A stretch of 58,434 bases of DNA from Flavobacteriales bacterium. GTDB taxonomy: Bacteria > Bacteroidota > Bacteroidia > Flavobacteriales > BACL11. The stretch lies in assembly GCA_036012565.1 (NCBI GenBank), contig DASCPP010000111.1, positions 1-58,434 of the forward strand. Reading direction: 5' to 3'. The position numbers and the translations under genes are program-made. This document shows, in pieces, positions 36,531 to 48,055 of this stretch (positions are counted from its first letter, which is position 1; the number at the start of each line of letters is the position of its first letter). The notes under the pieces are model-generated. The model saw nothing but the letters and a program-made list of their open reading frames with translations. It ran no database searches and was not told the origin of the DNA.

Positions 36531-37990
36531 AATCTTTAAAAGAGATACTTTATAAAGTAGAAATTATTAATGTAGTTGGCACCACCTATTTACCTATTTT
36601 CTCTGTGCATTTTGATTCCAGAAAAGTAAAAAAACAAAGCTTATTTGTAGCGGTAAAAGGGACAATAACGGATGGTCATGAATATATCTCACAAGCCATA
36701 AAAAATGGTGCGACCGCCATTGTAGCAGAACAACTCCCTTCTGAAACTGAAAAAAATATCAGCTACTTTATTGTAAAAAACTCTAGTAAGGCATTAGCAG
36801 TAATAGCTACTAATTATTTTGAAAATCCATCCGAAAAGTTAAAACTTATTGGGGTAACAGGAACAAATGGAAAAACAACCATTGTTTCTCTTTTATTCAA
36901 TCTGTTTTTAGGGATGAATAAAAAGGTTGGAATGCTTTCTACGATTAATAATAAGATAAATAATGACACTATTGAAAGCACCCATACAACAGCAGATGCA
37001 GTTGAAATTAACCAGCTTCTATTTCAGATGGTTTCTGATGGATGTGAGTATTGTTTTATGGAAGTAAGTTCGCATGCAATTGACCAGAATCGTATTGTAG
37101 GACTTGTTTTTGATATCATGGTTTTTACCAATATTTCTCACGATCATCTAGATTACCATTCCACTTTTAATAAATATATAAATACTAAAAAGAAAGTGTT
37201 TAATCAATTAAATTCTAATGCCATTGCTCTTGTAAATAATGATGACAAGCATGGTATAAATATGCTAAGAGATACAAAAGCAAAAAAGCAAACTTATTCC
37301 TTAAAAAGCATGTCCGATTTTAAATGTAAAATTCTGGAAAATCAGTTTGATGGAATGCTTTTAAGCATTAATAATTTCGATTTATGGACTAAATTAATAG
37401 GAGAGTTTAATGCCTATAATGTTTTGGCAGTTTATGCTGTTGGCGTTTTGCTAGAAACAGATGAAAAAAAACTCCTTGAAGGTATTAGTATGCTAAGTTC
37501 AGCAGAAGGGAGGTTTCAGAGTGTAAGAAATAGGGAAGGCGTAACGGCGATTGTTGATTATGCCCACACACCAGATGCGCTAAAAAATGTGCTTGGCACC
37601 ATAAATAAAATAAGGTCAGGGAATGAAAAACTAATTACTGTGCTTGGCTGTGGGGGAGATAGAGACAGGACAAAGCGACCAAAAATGGCAGTAATAGCTT
37701 GCGATTTAAGTACCCAAGTTATTATTACTTCCGATAATCCCAGATCAGAAAATCCAGAGGATATTATCTCAGATATGATGGCAGTACTCAATCCTGTTCA
37801 GAAAAAGAAAACTTTGCTAATAAGCGATAGAAAACAAGCCATCAAAACAGCTTGCACAATTTCAGAAAAAGAAGATATCATATTGGTAGCTGGCAAAGGG
37901 CACGAAAAATACCAGGAGATAAAAGGAGTAAAATATCCTTTTGACGATATGGATGAAATAAAAGAATCTTTAAACCTAATTAAAAGCTAA
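36527..37990 (+). CDS. murE: UDP-N-acetylmuramoyl-L-alanyl-D-glutamate--2,6-diaminopimelate ligase
   Basis: Motifs [10 protein letters not shown] and DNPR ([10 protein letters not shown]). ATGA overlap with ftsI. Confidence 0.93.
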   Translation: MKSLKEILYKVEIINVVGTTYLPIFSVHFDSRKVKKQSLFVAVKGTITDGHEYISQAIKNGATAIVAEQLPSETEKNISYFIVKNSSKALAVIATNYFENPSEKLKLIGVTGTNGKTTIVSLLFNLFLGMNKKVGMLSTINNKINNDTIESTHTTADAVEINQLLFQMVSDGCEYCFMEVSSHAIDQNRIVGLVFDIMVFTNISHDHLDYHSTFNKYINTKKKVFNQLNSNAIALVNNDDKHGINMLRDTKAKKQTYSLKSMSDFKCKILENQFDGMLLSINNFDLWTKLIGEFNAYNVLAVYAVGVLLETDEKKLLEGISMLSSAEGRFQSVRNREGVTAIVDYAHTPDALKNVLGTINKIRSGNEKLITVLGCGGDRDRTKRPKMAVIACDLSTQVIITSDNPRSENPEDIISDMMAVLNPVQKKKTLLISDRKQAIKTACTISEKEDIILVAGKGHEKYQEIKGVKYPFDDMDEIKESLNLIKS

Positions 37991-39264
37991 TGTTATATTA
38001 CTTATTTGACTACCTACAAGAAGCGTATAATTTTCCAGGAGCGGGCGTATTTCAATATATTTCCTTTCGTTCGGCCATGGCAGTAATCACTTCCCTTTTT
38101 GTTTCTATGGTTTTTGGTGGAAAAATCATCAATTTGATACGAGAAAAACAAATAGGGGAACAGATAAGGGAATTGGGATTAGAAGGTGAAAAGCAGAAAA
38201 AAGGAACGCCAACAATGGGAGGATTAATCATTATTGCTGCAATCCTTATTCCTACACTACTTTTTACAAAACTTGAAAATATCTACATTATCATCATGAT
38301 TATCTCTACCCTTTGGATGGGCGTAATTGGCTTTATTGACGATTATATAAAAGTGTATCGTAAAGACAAGCAGGGGTTAGCCGGACGATTCAAAATATTA
38401 GGGCAAGTTGGCTTGGGAATTATTGTAGGACTGATTATGATTTTTCATCCTGACATTACCATAAAAGAAAAGTCGGAAGGTCCTTGGGAAGCGAATTGGA
38501 ATTCTAAAAACTCCCCAAACCCAGGAGATACTATTTCTATGAATGATTATACTGATGAATTTGGATTTGAGACTGAATCAAGAAAATCATCAAAAACGAC
38601 TATTCCATTTGTAAAAAATAATGAATTTGATTACAAAATACTTACAAACTGGATGGGTGACATAGCGCCAATTGCATCCATGATTTTGTTTATACTTATT
38701 GTGATTTTGATTATTACAGCAGTATCCAATGGTGCAAATATGACGGATGGTTTGGATGGTTTGACAACAGGAACTTCCGCCATAATAGGAGCTACTATTG
38801 CGGTATTTGCTTATGTGTCTGGTAATATTATAGCAGCCGATTATCTCAATATTATGTACATCCCAAATACTGGAGAGTTAGTGATTTTCATAGCATCTTT
38901 TGTGGGGGCTTGTGTGGGATTCTTGTGGTATAACTCCTACCCAGCACAAGTGTTTATGGGTGATACAGGAAGTTTGTCTCTCGGAGGTATAATTGCAGTA
39001 GCAGCAATCCTTATTCGAAAGGAATTATTGATACCGATTTTGTGTGGAATTTTCCTAATTGAAAATCTTTCGGTTATTCTGCAAGTAGGTTATTTCAAAT
39101 ATACCAAAAAGAAATATGGGCAGGGAAAAAGAATATTCAAAATGGCGCCTTTGCACCATCATTTTCAGAAGTTGGGTTATAACGAAAGTAAAATTGTTAC
39201 GCGTTTTTGGATAGTAGGAATCATGTTGGCAATACTAACTATTGTGACGCTAAAATTAAGATAG
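37990..39264 (+). CDS. mraY: Phospho-N-acetylmuramoyl-pentapeptide transferase
   Basis: Motifs [27 protein letters not shown]. About 10 TM segments, with an inserted loop at about aa 155-215. Confidence 0.95.
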   Translation: MLYYLFDYLQEAYNFPGAGVFQYISFRSAMAVITSLFVSMVFGGKIINLIREKQIGEQIRELGLEGEKQKKGTPTMGGLIIIAAILIPTLLFTKLENIYIIIMIISTLWMGVIGFIDDYIKVYRKDKQGLAGRFKILGQVGLGIIVGLIMIFHPDITIKEKSEGPWEANWNSKNSPNPGDTISMNDYTDEFGFETESRKSSKTTIPFVKNNEFDYKILTNWMGDIAPIASMILFILIVILIITAVSNGANMTDGLDGLTTGTSAIIGATIAVFAYVSGNIIAADYLNIMYIPNTGELVIFIASFVGACVGFLWYNSYPAQVFMGDTGSLSLGGIIAVAAILIRKELLIPILCGIFLIENLSVILQVGYFKYTKKKYGQGKRIFKMAPLHHHFQKLGYNESKIVTRFWIVGIMLAILTIVTLKLR

Positions 39265-40590
39265 GTGAAAAAACAAATAGTGATTTTAGGTGCAGGGGAA
39301 AGTGGAGTGGGGGCAGCTATTTTAGCAAAAAAAAAGGGGTTGAAAGTTTTTGTTTCAGATAGTGGAATAATAACTAAGGAAAATAAAAAAGTTCTTTCAA
39401 ATAATGAGATAAAATGGGAGGAAGGTAAGCACACAATGGAAAAAATTTTGCAAGCAAAAGAAGTAGTAAAAAGTCCGGGAATTCCAGACGATATAGACAT
39501 CATTCAAGCCATAAAATTGGCAGGAATTTCTGTTGTTTCAGAAGTGGAGTTTGCTTTTAGATACACTAAAGCAAAAGTGGTTGCCATAACAGGAAGCAAT
39601 GGCAAAACCACTACTACTCTGCTTGTTGGCCACATCCTAAAAAAAGCAGGATTGGATGTGCTCATAGCTGGGAATATTGGTGTTGGTTTTGCTAGAGAAA
39701 TTGCAAAAAGAGATTATGATTATATCGTTTTGGAACTTAGCAGTTTTCAGTTGGATGGCATAAAGGATTTTCAACCAAATGTGGCGATTATTCTCAACAT
39801 TACTCCTGATCATTTAACCCGATATGAAAATGATTTTAGCAAATATATAGCATCAAAGTTGCGTATAACAATGAATCAGCAAAAAGAGGATGTGCTTATT
39901 TATAATAGGGATAACAAACAGATAAAAGCTAACTTAAAAACAAAAGCAAAAGCGATACCAATTTCTATAAATAAACAGATAGTAGGGAATGGCGCTTTTT
40001 ATAAAAACAACCAAATTAATATTAAACTAAACAACAAAAAGATGACAATTCAAGAACTAGCATTACAAGGAAAACACAACATTTATAATTCAATGGCAGC
40101 AGCAATTGCCACAAGAGTACTGGATGTAGAAAATGATATTATCAGGCAAAGTATGTTCGATTTCCAGAACATTGAGCACCGATTGGAATATGTGCTTACT
40201 GTTCATGGAATAGATTTTATAAATGATTCAAAAGCAACTAATGTAAATGCGACTTGGTATGCTTTGGAGAACATGACAAAACCAGTTATTTGGATTGTAG
40301 GAGGAGTGGATAAAGGAAACGATTATGATGAGATTTTGGAGATAGTAAAAAGCAGGGTGAAAGCCATTATTTGTTTAGGAGAATCAACCAAGAAAATACA
40401 AAAATATTTTAACAAAATAGTGGGTAAAATTGAAACGGTAAGCAGTATGGAAGAAGCAGTAAGGTCATCCTATCAATTAGGTGATAAAGGAGATGTGGTG
40501 TTATTATCTCCAACTTGTTCAAGTTTCGATATGTTTGATAATTTCGAGCACAGAGGGCAAGAATTCAAAAATCAGATTAGGAAATTATAA
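39265..40590 (+). CDS. murD: UDP-N-acetylmuramoylalanine--D-glutamate ligase
   Basis: Motifs ILGAGESG and ITGSNGKTTT. GTG start directly after the mraY stop. Confidence 0.93.
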   Translation: MKKQIVILGAGESGVGAAILAKKKGLKVFVSDSGIITKENKKVLSNNEIKWEEGKHTMEKILQAKEVVKSPGIPDDIDIIQAIKLAGISVVSEVEFAFRYTKAKVVAITGSNGKTTTTLLVGHILKKAGLDVLIAGNIGVGFAREIAKRDYDYIVLELSSFQLDGIKDFQPNVAIILNITPDHLTRYENDFSKYIASKLRITMNQQKEDVLIYNRDNKQIKANLKTKAKAIPISINKQIVGNGAFYKNNQINIKLNNKKMTIQELALQGKHNIYNSMAAAIATRVLDVENDIIRQSMFDFQNIEHRLEYVLTVHGIDFINDSKATNVNATWYALENMTKPVIWIVGGVDKGNDYDEILEIVKSRVKAIICLGESTKKIQKYFNKIVGKIETVSSMEEAVRSSYQLGDKGDVVLLSPTCSSFDMFDNFEHRGQEFKNQIRKL

Positions 40591-41724
40591 ATGGATACCG
40601 TTCTAAGAAACATAAAATTAGAAGGGGACAGAACCATTTGGGTAGTGGTTTTCTTTCTGTGTATTTTCTCGGTGATTGTAGTATATAGTGCTGTTGGCAT
40701 TGGCGATATTTTTAGCCATTTACTAAAACTAAGCATTGGCATAGGAGGTATGTATGTCATTCACAAATTAAAGTTCAAATACTTTTCTCGGCTTGGAGTT
40801 TTAGGGTTTTGGTTTTCGATTGCATTGCTTATTTTAGTGATGGTTATTGGGGTGAGTATTAATGGGGCTTCTCGTTGGCTTTCTATTTCAGGGCAAAGGT
40901 TTCAGCCATCCGATATTGCAAAGCTTTCGATTATATTATATACGGCTAGGCAATTAAGTAAACAAAGGAATTTTCTAGGGGAATTTAAAGGAGTAATATG
41001 GTATATTTTAATGCCAGTTCTTCTAATTTGTTTGCTGATTCTTCCTGCCAATTTTTCGACTGCTGCACTTGTTTTTGTCAATGGTTTGGTGCTGATGTTT
41101 ATTGCAAAAATTAATTTGAAGTATATTTTAGGAATTGTTGGAATAGCACTTTTTGGAGGATTATTATTATATGGCACAGCCAAGTATGTGCCCTTAATGG
41201 GGGAGATTATGCCCCGTTCCAAAACTTGGGTAAACAGAATTGATGGCTTTTTCTCCCCATCAGAAAATTATAATTTGGATGAAGGACATCAATCCTATCA
41301 AGCAAAAATAGCAATACACAATGGAGGAATATTTGGGCAAGGACCAGGGAAAAGCGTGCAAAGGTATTTTCTGTATTCTAGCCATTCTGATTTTATTTAT
41401 GCCATAATGGTGGAAGAATACGGAATGATAATAGGGGCATTTTTACCAATTTTACTTTATATGATTCTTTTTTTTAGGTCTGTAAAAATTGCAAACAGAA
41501 GTGAAAGTCAGTTTGGCGGATTAATTGCTTCTGGCTTGGCTTTTTCTTTGGTATTTCAAGCCATGATAAACATGGCGGTTGCAGTAGGGATAATGCCGGT
41601 AACTGGGCAAACTTTGCCCTTAATTAGTATGGGTGGAACTTCCATTTTATTTACCTGCATTACCATTGGTATTATACTTAGCGTAAGCAGGGATTCAACC
41701 GATAGAAATTATGAAGCAGTTTAG
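40591..41724 (+). CDS. ftsW: SEDS-family peptidoglycan polymerase FtsW
   Basis: 377 aa, polytopic. Motifs FQPSDIAKL and SDFIYA. Positioned between murD and murG. Confidence 0.9.
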   Translation: MDTVLRNIKLEGDRTIWVVVFFLCIFSVIVVYSAVGIGDIFSHLLKLSIGIGGMYVIHKLKFKYFSRLGVLGFWFSIALLILVMVIGVSINGASRWLSISGQRFQPSDIAKLSIILYTARQLSKQRNFLGEFKGVIWYILMPVLLICLLILPANFSTAALVFVNGLVLMFIAKINLKYILGIVGIALFGGLLLYGTAKYVPLMGEIMPRSKTWVNRIDGFFSPSENYNLDEGHQSYQAKIAIHNGGIFGQGPGKSVQRYFLYSSHSDFIYAIMVEEYGMIIGAFLPILLYMILFFRSVKIANRSESQFGGLIASGLAFSLVFQAMINMAVAVGIMPVTGQTLPLISMGGTSILFTCITIGIILSVSRDSTDRNYEAV

Positions 41725-42814
41725 AGTAATAATAAGTGGAGGAGGAACAGGAGGGCATATTTTCCCAGCCCTTGCTATTGCAAAGGCATTAGAGAAAAAA
41801 GTGAGCAATATTGAGATTTTATTTGTTGGAGCAACAGGGAAAATGGAAATGAGTAAAATTCCAGCAGAAGGATATAAAATTAAAGGCTTATGGATAAGTG
41901 GCTTGCAAAGAAGAATTACCATTAAGAATTTATTGTTTCCATTTAAAGTAATAAGTAGTTTACTAGGCGCCAGAAAAATAATTAAAAAATTCAATGCAGA
42001 TGTTGCAATAGGAACTGGTGGATATGCAAGTGGGCCTTTACTTTATATGGCGGCAAAAAGCGGCATACCAACTTTGGTGCAAGAGCAAAATTCATATCCT
42101 GGAATTACCAATAAAGTACTTTCCAAAGTGGTAGATAAAGTCTGTGTGGCTTATGATAATATGGAACAGTTTTTTTCAAAAAATAAAATCATTTTTACGG
42201 GGAACCCGATTAGGCAAGATGTATTGGAATTTGCCAGTAAAAAACAGATGGGTATTTCTCATTTTAATTTGGAAGAGAATAAAAAAACAGTACTTGTAAT
42301 TGGAGGTAGTTTAGGGGCAAGAACCATCAATGAGGCAATTGATGAAAACATATCTTTTTTTGTAGAAAACAATTTGAATTTGATTTGGCAAACGGGCATT
42401 AGCTATCAGAAAAAAGCAGAAAAAAGTGTAAGAGAAAAAGCAGTAAAGGGAATAAACGCATATACGTTTATAAAAGAAATGGATAAAGCTTATGGGGCAG
42501 CCGATATTATCATTTCAAGAGCTGGGGCAATTGCCATTTCTGAGCTCTGTTGTATTTCTAAGCCTACCATTTTAATTCCTTCTCCAAATGTATCTGAAGA
42601 TCATCAAACAAAGAATGCACAAGCGGTCGTTAATAAAAAGGCAGCACTGCTGGTGAAAGACAATGAGGTAGGCAGTAAATTGGTTAATTGTTTGCGGGAA
42701 CTGTATGACGATACTATAATGCAGAAAGAGTTAATAAAAAACATCAAGAATTTGGCAGTAATGAATGCTGCTGACAAGATTGCAAATGAAGCATTGATTT
42801 TAAGTAAAAAATGA
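41711..42814 (+). CDS. murG: UDP-N-acetylglucosamine--N-acetylmuramyl-(pentapeptide) pyrophosphoryl-undecaprenol GlcNAc transferase
   Basis: Motifs SGGGTGGHIFPA and GGSLGAR, and a late EDHQTKNA motif. Confidence 0.95.
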   Translation: MKQFRVIISGGGTGGHIFPALAIAKALEKKVSNIEILFVGATGKMEMSKIPAEGYKIKGLWISGLQRRITIKNLLFPFKVISSLLGARKIIKKFNADVAIGTGGYASGPLLYMAAKSGIPTLVQEQNSYPGITNKVLSKVVDKVCVAYDNMEQFFSKNKIIFTGNPIRQDVLEFASKKQMGISHFNLEENKKTVLVIGGSLGARTINEAIDENISFFVENNLNLIWQTGISYQKKAEKSVREKAVKGINAYTFIKEMDKAYGAADIIISRAGAIAISELCCISKPTILIPSPNVSEDHQTKNAQAVVNKKAALLVKDNEVGSKLVNCLRELYDDTIMQKELIKNIKNLAVMNAADKIANEALILSKK

Positions 42815-44208
42815 ATTTAGATTTATCCAAACATATTTATTTACTAGGTATAGGAGGTATAGGCATGAGTGCCTTGGCAAGGTATTTTAATGCACAAGGA
42901 ATACAGGTGAGTGGCTATGATAAAAGCAAAACCACACTTACAGAAAAATTAGAAAAAGAAGGTATTGCTATTCATTATAAAGATGATATAAGTCAGATAA
43001 GTGATGAGATAAAAGAGGCAAAATTCGCAGAGATTTTGGTGATTTACACTCCAGCTATTGATGAGAATAATACTGAATTTCGTTTTTTTAAAGAAAAAGG
43101 AATAATCCCTTTAAAGCGATCAGAAGTTTTGGGAATAATAACGCGCCAAAGTTTTACTATTGCTATTGCAGGAACCCACGGAAAAACAACAACTACTGCA
43201 CTACTTACCCATATTTTGAAAAATTCTGAAATTGATTGTACTGCTTTTTTGGGTGGAGTTAGTAAGGATTTTAATAGTAACCTTATTTTAGCCGAAAAAG
43301 GAAATATTGTAATTGTGGAAGCGGATGAATACGATTGCTCTTTCCTTTCGCTTTATCCTGATGTGGCAGTTATTACTTCTATAGATGAGGACCATTTGGA
43401 TATTTACGAAAATAAAAAATCATTGGAGATTGCCTTCCAAAAATTTGCTTCCCAAGTAAAACAAAAAGGATTTTTGTTGGTGCAAGCTGGCGTACAAACA
43501 GAATTTGAAAAACCAGAAAAGGGGACTTTAGTGTCCTATTCTGCCACAGAAAAGGCAGATTATTATGCTTCCAATATTGGCATCAGCAACAATAAAACAA
43601 AATTTGATATTGGGGTTTTAGATATTCTTCCCGGGATGGCTTATGAAAAAAAGATAACCAACTTACTGATAGATATGCCAGGAAAACACAATATTGAAAA
43701 TGTGTTAGCAGCATCTGCTGTGGCTTGTTTTTTGGGGGCAACTTGCGACAATGTTGAAAAAGCAATTGGTTCTTTTAAGGGGATAAAAAGAAGATTTGAA
43801 ATTCATTTGCATAATGATAAGATGACATTTATTGACGATTATGCCCATCATCCTGAGGAAGTAAAAGTGACTATACAAGCTGTAAAAGAGCTGTATGAAG
43901 GAAAGAAAGTCATGGTAATTTTCCAGCCTCATTTATTTTCAAGAACACAGGACTTTGCAGATGAATTTGCCGAGAGTTTATCCCTGTCAGATGAACTTAT
44001 TTTGTTAGAGATTTATCCTGCCAGAGAAAAACCAATTGATGGAGTTACCTCACAAATGTTGGCTGAGAAGTGCACTATAAAAAATGAAGTTTGTAGCAAA
44101 GAGCAAATACTAAGCGTTCTTGAAAAAAAGGATTTTGAGGTGTTACTTACAATGGGAGCAGGGGACATAAGCACAATGATTCAGCCTATAAAAGAATTTT
44201 ATAACTGA
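42811..44208 (+). CDS. murC: UDP-N-acetylmuramate--L-alanine ligase
   Basis: Motifs GIGGIGMSALA and AGTHGKTTTT. ATGA overlap with murG. Confidence 0.95.
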   Translation: MNLDLSKHIYLLGIGGIGMSALARYFNAQGIQVSGYDKSKTTLTEKLEKEGIAIHYKDDISQISDEIKEAKFAEILVIYTPAIDENNTEFRFFKEKGIIPLKRSEVLGIITRQSFTIAIAGTHGKTTTTALLTHILKNSEIDCTAFLGGVSKDFNSNLILAEKGNIVIVEADEYDCSFLSLYPDVAVITSIDEDHLDIYENKKSLEIAFQKFASQVKQKGFLLVQAGVQTEFEKPEKGTLVSYSATEKADYYASNIGISNNKTKFDIGVLDILPGMAYEKKITNLLIDMPGKHNIENVLAASAVACFLGATCDNVEKAIGSFKGIKRRFEIHLHNDKMTFIDDYAHHPEEVKVTIQAVKELYEGKKVMVIFQPHLFSRTQDFADEFAESLSLSDELILLEIYPAREKPIDGVTSQMLAEKCTIKNEVCSKEQILSVLEKKDFEVLLTMGAGDISTMIQPIKEFYN

Positions 44209-44930
44209 TGAAAAAAGCATTTGAAATATTAAGCTGGCTTATGCTAATAGCTGTCATTGTATTGCTGATGGCTTTTTCGGTAAAAAACCAACAAATAGTG
44301 GAATGTCAGAAATTTGAGGTTGTGGTTGCAAGCAGTGAAAACCATTTTATAAACGATAAAATGATTAATGAACTATTAAGCAATAAAAACTTGCATCCAT
44401 TAGGGAAAATAAGAGCAGAAATAGCAATGGATGAAATTGAAAAAAGCATTGGAAATCATACCTCCATTAAAGAGGTAAATGCCTACTTTGATATTGCTGG
44501 AAATGTATTTGTTGAGATTTTACAAAGAAATCCAATAGCAAGAGTGGAAACCGAAAACAACTCCTTTTATATTGATGAAAACGGCAAGCGCATGCCACTG
44601 TCAAAAGTGTATACTGCCCGCAGGCTTGTTATTACAGGAAAAGTAAATTTTCAAGAGAAAGGAGATCTCTTTTTATTGGCTAAATTCATTAATGAGAATC
44701 CGTTTTGGAAGGCACAAATTATGCAAATTCATACAGAAGAAAATGGGGAGTTAATACTAATACCAAGAGTTGGTTCTCAGCAAATAGTATTTGGGAAGCC
44801 GATAAATATAGCTACTAAATTCAGTAAGTTAAAATTATTTTATGAAAAAGGAATTTTAGAAAGAGGATGGAACAACTATTCACATATCAACTTAAAATTT
44901 AAAAATCAGATTGTTTGTACTAAAAAATAA
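44208..44930 (+). CDS. ftsQ: Cell division protein FtsQ
   Basis: 240 aa with an N-terminal TM anchor and a POTRA-like region. Positioned between murC and ftsA. Confidence 0.8.
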   Translation: MKKAFEILSWLMLIAVIVLLMAFSVKNQQIVECQKFEVVVASSENHFINDKMINELLSNKNLHPLGKIRAEIAMDEIEKSIGNHTSIKEVNAYFDIAGNVFVEILQRNPIARVETENNSFYIDENGKRMPLSKVYTARRLVITGKVNFQEKGDLFLLAKFINENPFWKAQIMQIHTEENGELILIPRVGSQQIVFGKPINIATKFSKLKLFYEKGILERGWNNYSHINLKFKNQIVCTKK

Positions 44931-44935
44931 AAAAT

Positions 44936-46207
44936 ATGGAAAATAATTCGCCAATAATTGTAGGACTAGATATAGGAACAACCAAAATAAGCGTGATGGT
45001 TGGCAGAAAAGACCAATTCGGAAAGTTGGAAATATTAGGAATGGGAAAAGCCATCTCAGGAGGAGTATTAAGAGGTATTGTGGCTAATATTGATAAAACC
45101 GTAGAGTCGATAAAACTGGCGGTGGAGGAAGCAGAGCAAAAATCAGGAGCCGAGATTGATGAGGTTTATATTGGAATTGCCGGTCAACATATCAAAAGTT
45201 TACAGCACAGAGGTGAAATGGTAAGAGATGATATTGAAAATGAAATTACCATTGACGATATGGAAAAGCTCAGGGAAAATATGTTCAAACTGGTTACCGT
45301 TCCTGGGGAGGAAGTAATTCATGTTATTCCCCAAGAATATACAGTGGATGGAGAAGATGGTATACAAAACCCTAAGGGAATGGCGGGTATTAAATTAGAG
45401 GCAAACTTCCATATTATTACGGCACAAGTTGCGGCAGTGCGCAACATTATAAGGTGTATAAAAAAAGCAGGATTAAATGCTAGGGAGCTTATTTTAGAGC
45501 CTTTCGCTTCCGCCATAGCAACCCTTGATAGTGATGAGTTAAATGAAGGAGTAGCACTAGTTGATATTGGTGGTGGAACCACTGATGTGGCTATCTTTTT
45601 AGAGGGTATTATTCGCCATACAGCTGTAATTCCATTTGGAGGGAATATTATAACAAAGGACATTAAAACAGGGCTATCCATTTTAGAAAAACAAGCAGAA
45701 CTCTTGAAGGTGAAATTTGGTTCGGCAATGCATACATCTGATCAAGATAATGTAATGGTTTCCATTCCAGGCTTAAGAGGTAGAGAGCCAAAGGAAATAT
45801 CTACAAAAAATCTGGCAGAAATAATAGGAGCGAGAATGAAAGAGATTATCGATTTGGTATATCATGAAATAAAAGTTTCAGGTTTTGAAAATAAACTAAT
45901 GACGGGTATAGTACTAACTGGCGGTGGGGCTCAACTCAGAGCTTTGCCCCAATTGGTATCTTACATAACAGGCAAAGATATAAGGGTAGGATTACCAAAT
46001 GAGCATTTAGGAAAGGAATCGCATGGTAAGGTGACAAGCCCAATGTATTCTACAGGGGTTGGTTTGGTGCTTAAAGGATTTGAAGATTTAGAAGTGGAAG
46101 TTATTTGGCCAGATGAAACAGGCAAAAAACAGAAACCAAAAGTTGGCGGAATATTATCCAGATTAAAAGAATTATTAGCAGAATTCTTTGAAGAAGATGT
46201 AACATAA
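44936..46207 (+). CDS. ftsA: Cell division protein FtsA
   Basis: Actin-fold phosphate motifs GLDIGTTKI and DIGGGTTD. Length 423 aa. Confidence 0.95.
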   Translation: MENNSPIIVGLDIGTTKISVMVGRKDQFGKLEILGMGKAISGGVLRGIVANIDKTVESIKLAVEEAEQKSGAEIDEVYIGIAGQHIKSLQHRGEMVRDDIENEITIDDMEKLRENMFKLVTVPGEEVIHVIPQEYTVDGEDGIQNPKGMAGIKLEANFHIITAQVAAVRNIIRCIKKAGLNARELILEPFASAIATLDSDELNEGVALVDIGGGTTDVAIFLEGIIRHTAVIPFGGNIITKDIKTGLSILEKQAELLKVKFGSAMHTSDQDNVMVSIPGLRGREPKEISTKNLAEIIGARMKEIIDLVYHEIKVSGFENKLMTGIVLTGGGAQLRALPQLVSYITGKDIRVGLPNEHLGKESHGKVTSPMYSTGVGLVLKGFEDLEVEVIWPDETGKKQKPKVGGILSRLKELLAEFFEEDVT

Positions 46208-46243
46208 AAAACAATCAATTATTAACTATAAAAACAATAAATC

Positions 46244-47911
46244 ATGAATGAAAAAGAAAATGTATTCGAATTTAACCTACCGAAAAATCGGTCGTCTATT
46301 ATAAAGGTGATTGGTGTTGGTGGGGGCGGAGGTAATGCCATCAATTACATGTATGAAAATGGTATTGAGGGCGTGGACTTTGTGGTCTGTAATACCGACT
46401 CCCAAGCATTGGATGCAAGTCCAGTTCCTACAAAAATACAATTAGGAGCTGAGCTAACGGAAGGCCTTGGTGCAGGTTCAAACCCTGAGACAGGGAGAAA
46501 AGCAGCAGAAGAAAGTATTGATAAAGTAACAGAACTTTTGGATGCAAATACAAAAATGTTATTCATCACAGCCGGAATGGGAGGTGGAACCGGAACGGGT
46601 GCAGCACCTATTATTGCGGAGGTTGCTAAAGAAAAGGGCATACTTACCGTTGGGGTGGTAACCATCCCTTTTTCAACAGAAGGAGGGAACAGACATAAAT
46701 ATGCTATGCAAGGGTTAAAGGAACTCAGAAAAAATGTAGATACGCTTTTGGTTATTAATAACGACAAGCTAATTGAGATTTACGGTAACTTAACTTTTAC
46801 CCAAGCTTTTGCAAAAGCCAATGAGGTGCTCAATACTGCAACCAAAGGTATTGCAGAAGTTATATCACAACATTTGCTGGTAAATATTGACCTTAATGAT
46901 GCCAGAAGAGTATTGGAAAATAGTGGCACAGCTGTAATGGGGCAAGCAACTGCATCTGGCGAGAATAGAGCCATTGAAGCGGTAAAAGGAGCATTGGATT
47001 CTCCATTGCTTAATGATAATAACATTAAAGGAGCCAAGCAAGTGCTTTTGAAAATTGTTACTGGCGGAGGAGAGGAAGAAATAAGAATGATGGAATTATC
47101 GGATATCAAACAAAAAATTCAGGAAGCAGCTGGTTGTGAGGTAAATATTATTGAAGGTATAGGCATTGATCCTGAATTAAATGGAGAAGTGTGCGTTACC
47201 GTAATTGCCACCGGATTTAATGTAAAAGTGATAAAGGATGATGTTATCGTTACCTTAGATGGAGAGAAAAATATTGATGATGTATTAAGCCAGGAAAAAG
47301 AGGAAGTACAAGAAGTGATATCTGCTAAAACAGAGGACAAAGGGCAGCACACTATTTTTGATAATGAAACAGAATTAGAAATGGAAGAAACGCTAAATGA
47401 TCCTGAATTGGAAATAGAAGCAATAGAAAAAGAAGTAGAGATTGAGATAGAAGAACAGGAGTTGGAGCAGACAGAAGAAAAGGAATTATCAGCCGAAATA
47501 GATTTGGACTTAGAACCCCAAACAGTTGTTATTGATTTGGATGATGAAGTGGAATTACCAGGGGAATTAATCCCAACATTAAAACAAGAGGATGCAATAG
47601 AAGAAGTAGAATTGGAAATAAAAGAAGAGGCGATAAATGATGAGGAAACTCCACCGGTAAATCTGGAGACATTAACTAATAAATCCAGAGAAAGAGAAGA
47701 TAGATTAAAGAATATCTCTATGAAGTTAAGAACGCCTTCTGGTTTAACTGCATTGGAAGACGAGCCAGCTTACAAACGTGATAATGTGGAATTGGAGGAA
47801 ACACCACATTCTTCTGAGTCGGAAGTTTCTAAATATACTTTATCGGAAGGAGAGGATAATGAAACGGAAATAAAACCAAATAATTCCTTTTTGCACGACA
47901 ATGTAGATTAG
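46244..47911 (+). CDS. ftsZ: Cell division GTPase FtsZ with a long acidic linker
   Basis: Tubulin signature GGGTGTGAAP and motif NTDSQAL. Has an E/D-rich linker of about 160 aa and a Bacteroidetes-type tail ...EDEPAYKR...NSFLHDNVD. Confidence 0.97.
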   Translation: MNEKENVFEFNLPKNRSSIIKVIGVGGGGGNAINYMYENGIEGVDFVVCNTDSQALDASPVPTKIQLGAELTEGLGAGSNPETGRKAAEESIDKVTELLDANTKMLFITAGMGGGTGTGAAPIIAEVAKEKGILTVGVVTIPFSTEGGNRHKYAMQGLKELRKNVDTLLVINNDKLIEIYGNLTFTQAFAKANEVLNTATKGIAEVISQHLLVNIDLNDARRVLENSGTAVMGQATASGENRAIEAVKGALDSPLLNDNNIKGAKQVLLKIVTGGGEEEIRMMELSDIKQKIQEAAGCEVNIIEGIGIDPELNGEVCVTVIATGFNVKVIKDDVIVTLDGEKNIDDVLSQEKEEVQEVISAKTEDKGQHTIFDNETELEMEETLNDPELEIEAIEKEVEIEIEEQELEQTEEKELSAEIDLDLEPQTVVIDLDDEVELPGELIPTLKQEDAIEEVELEIKEEAINDEETPPVNLETLTNKSREREDRLKNISMKLRTPSGLTALEDEPAYKRDNVELEETPHSSESEVSKYTLSEGEDNETEIKPNNSFLHDNVD

Positions 47912-47934
47912 TTTTTTAATAGTTTTTGATTGTT

Positions 47935-47959
47935 AAAGCCCTCTTTGGAGGGTTTTTTT
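47935..47959 (+). terminator. Intrinsic terminator of the dcw cluster
   Basis: AAAGCCCTC-TTTG-GAGGGTTT followed by a T-run (47953-47959), 24 nt after the ftsZ stop. Confidence 0.85.
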
Positions 47960-47980
47960 ATGCAAATATTAATTATTTTT

Positions 47981-48055
47981 TTGTCATACTGAATAAAGTG
48001 AAGTATCTCCCTTTTCTATTTTTGTCATTGCAAAAAAATAATTTTGAAGCAATCT
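47981..48055 (+). repeat. Two adjacent copies of a short TTGTCAT...GAAG(T/C)A(A)TCT element
   Basis: Copy A (47981-48008) is TTGTCATACTGAATAAAGTGAAGTATCT. Copy B (48022-48055) is TTGTCATTGCAAAAAAATAATTTTGAAGCAATCT, with an internal ATTGC/GCAAT inverted repeat. Confidence 0.5.
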
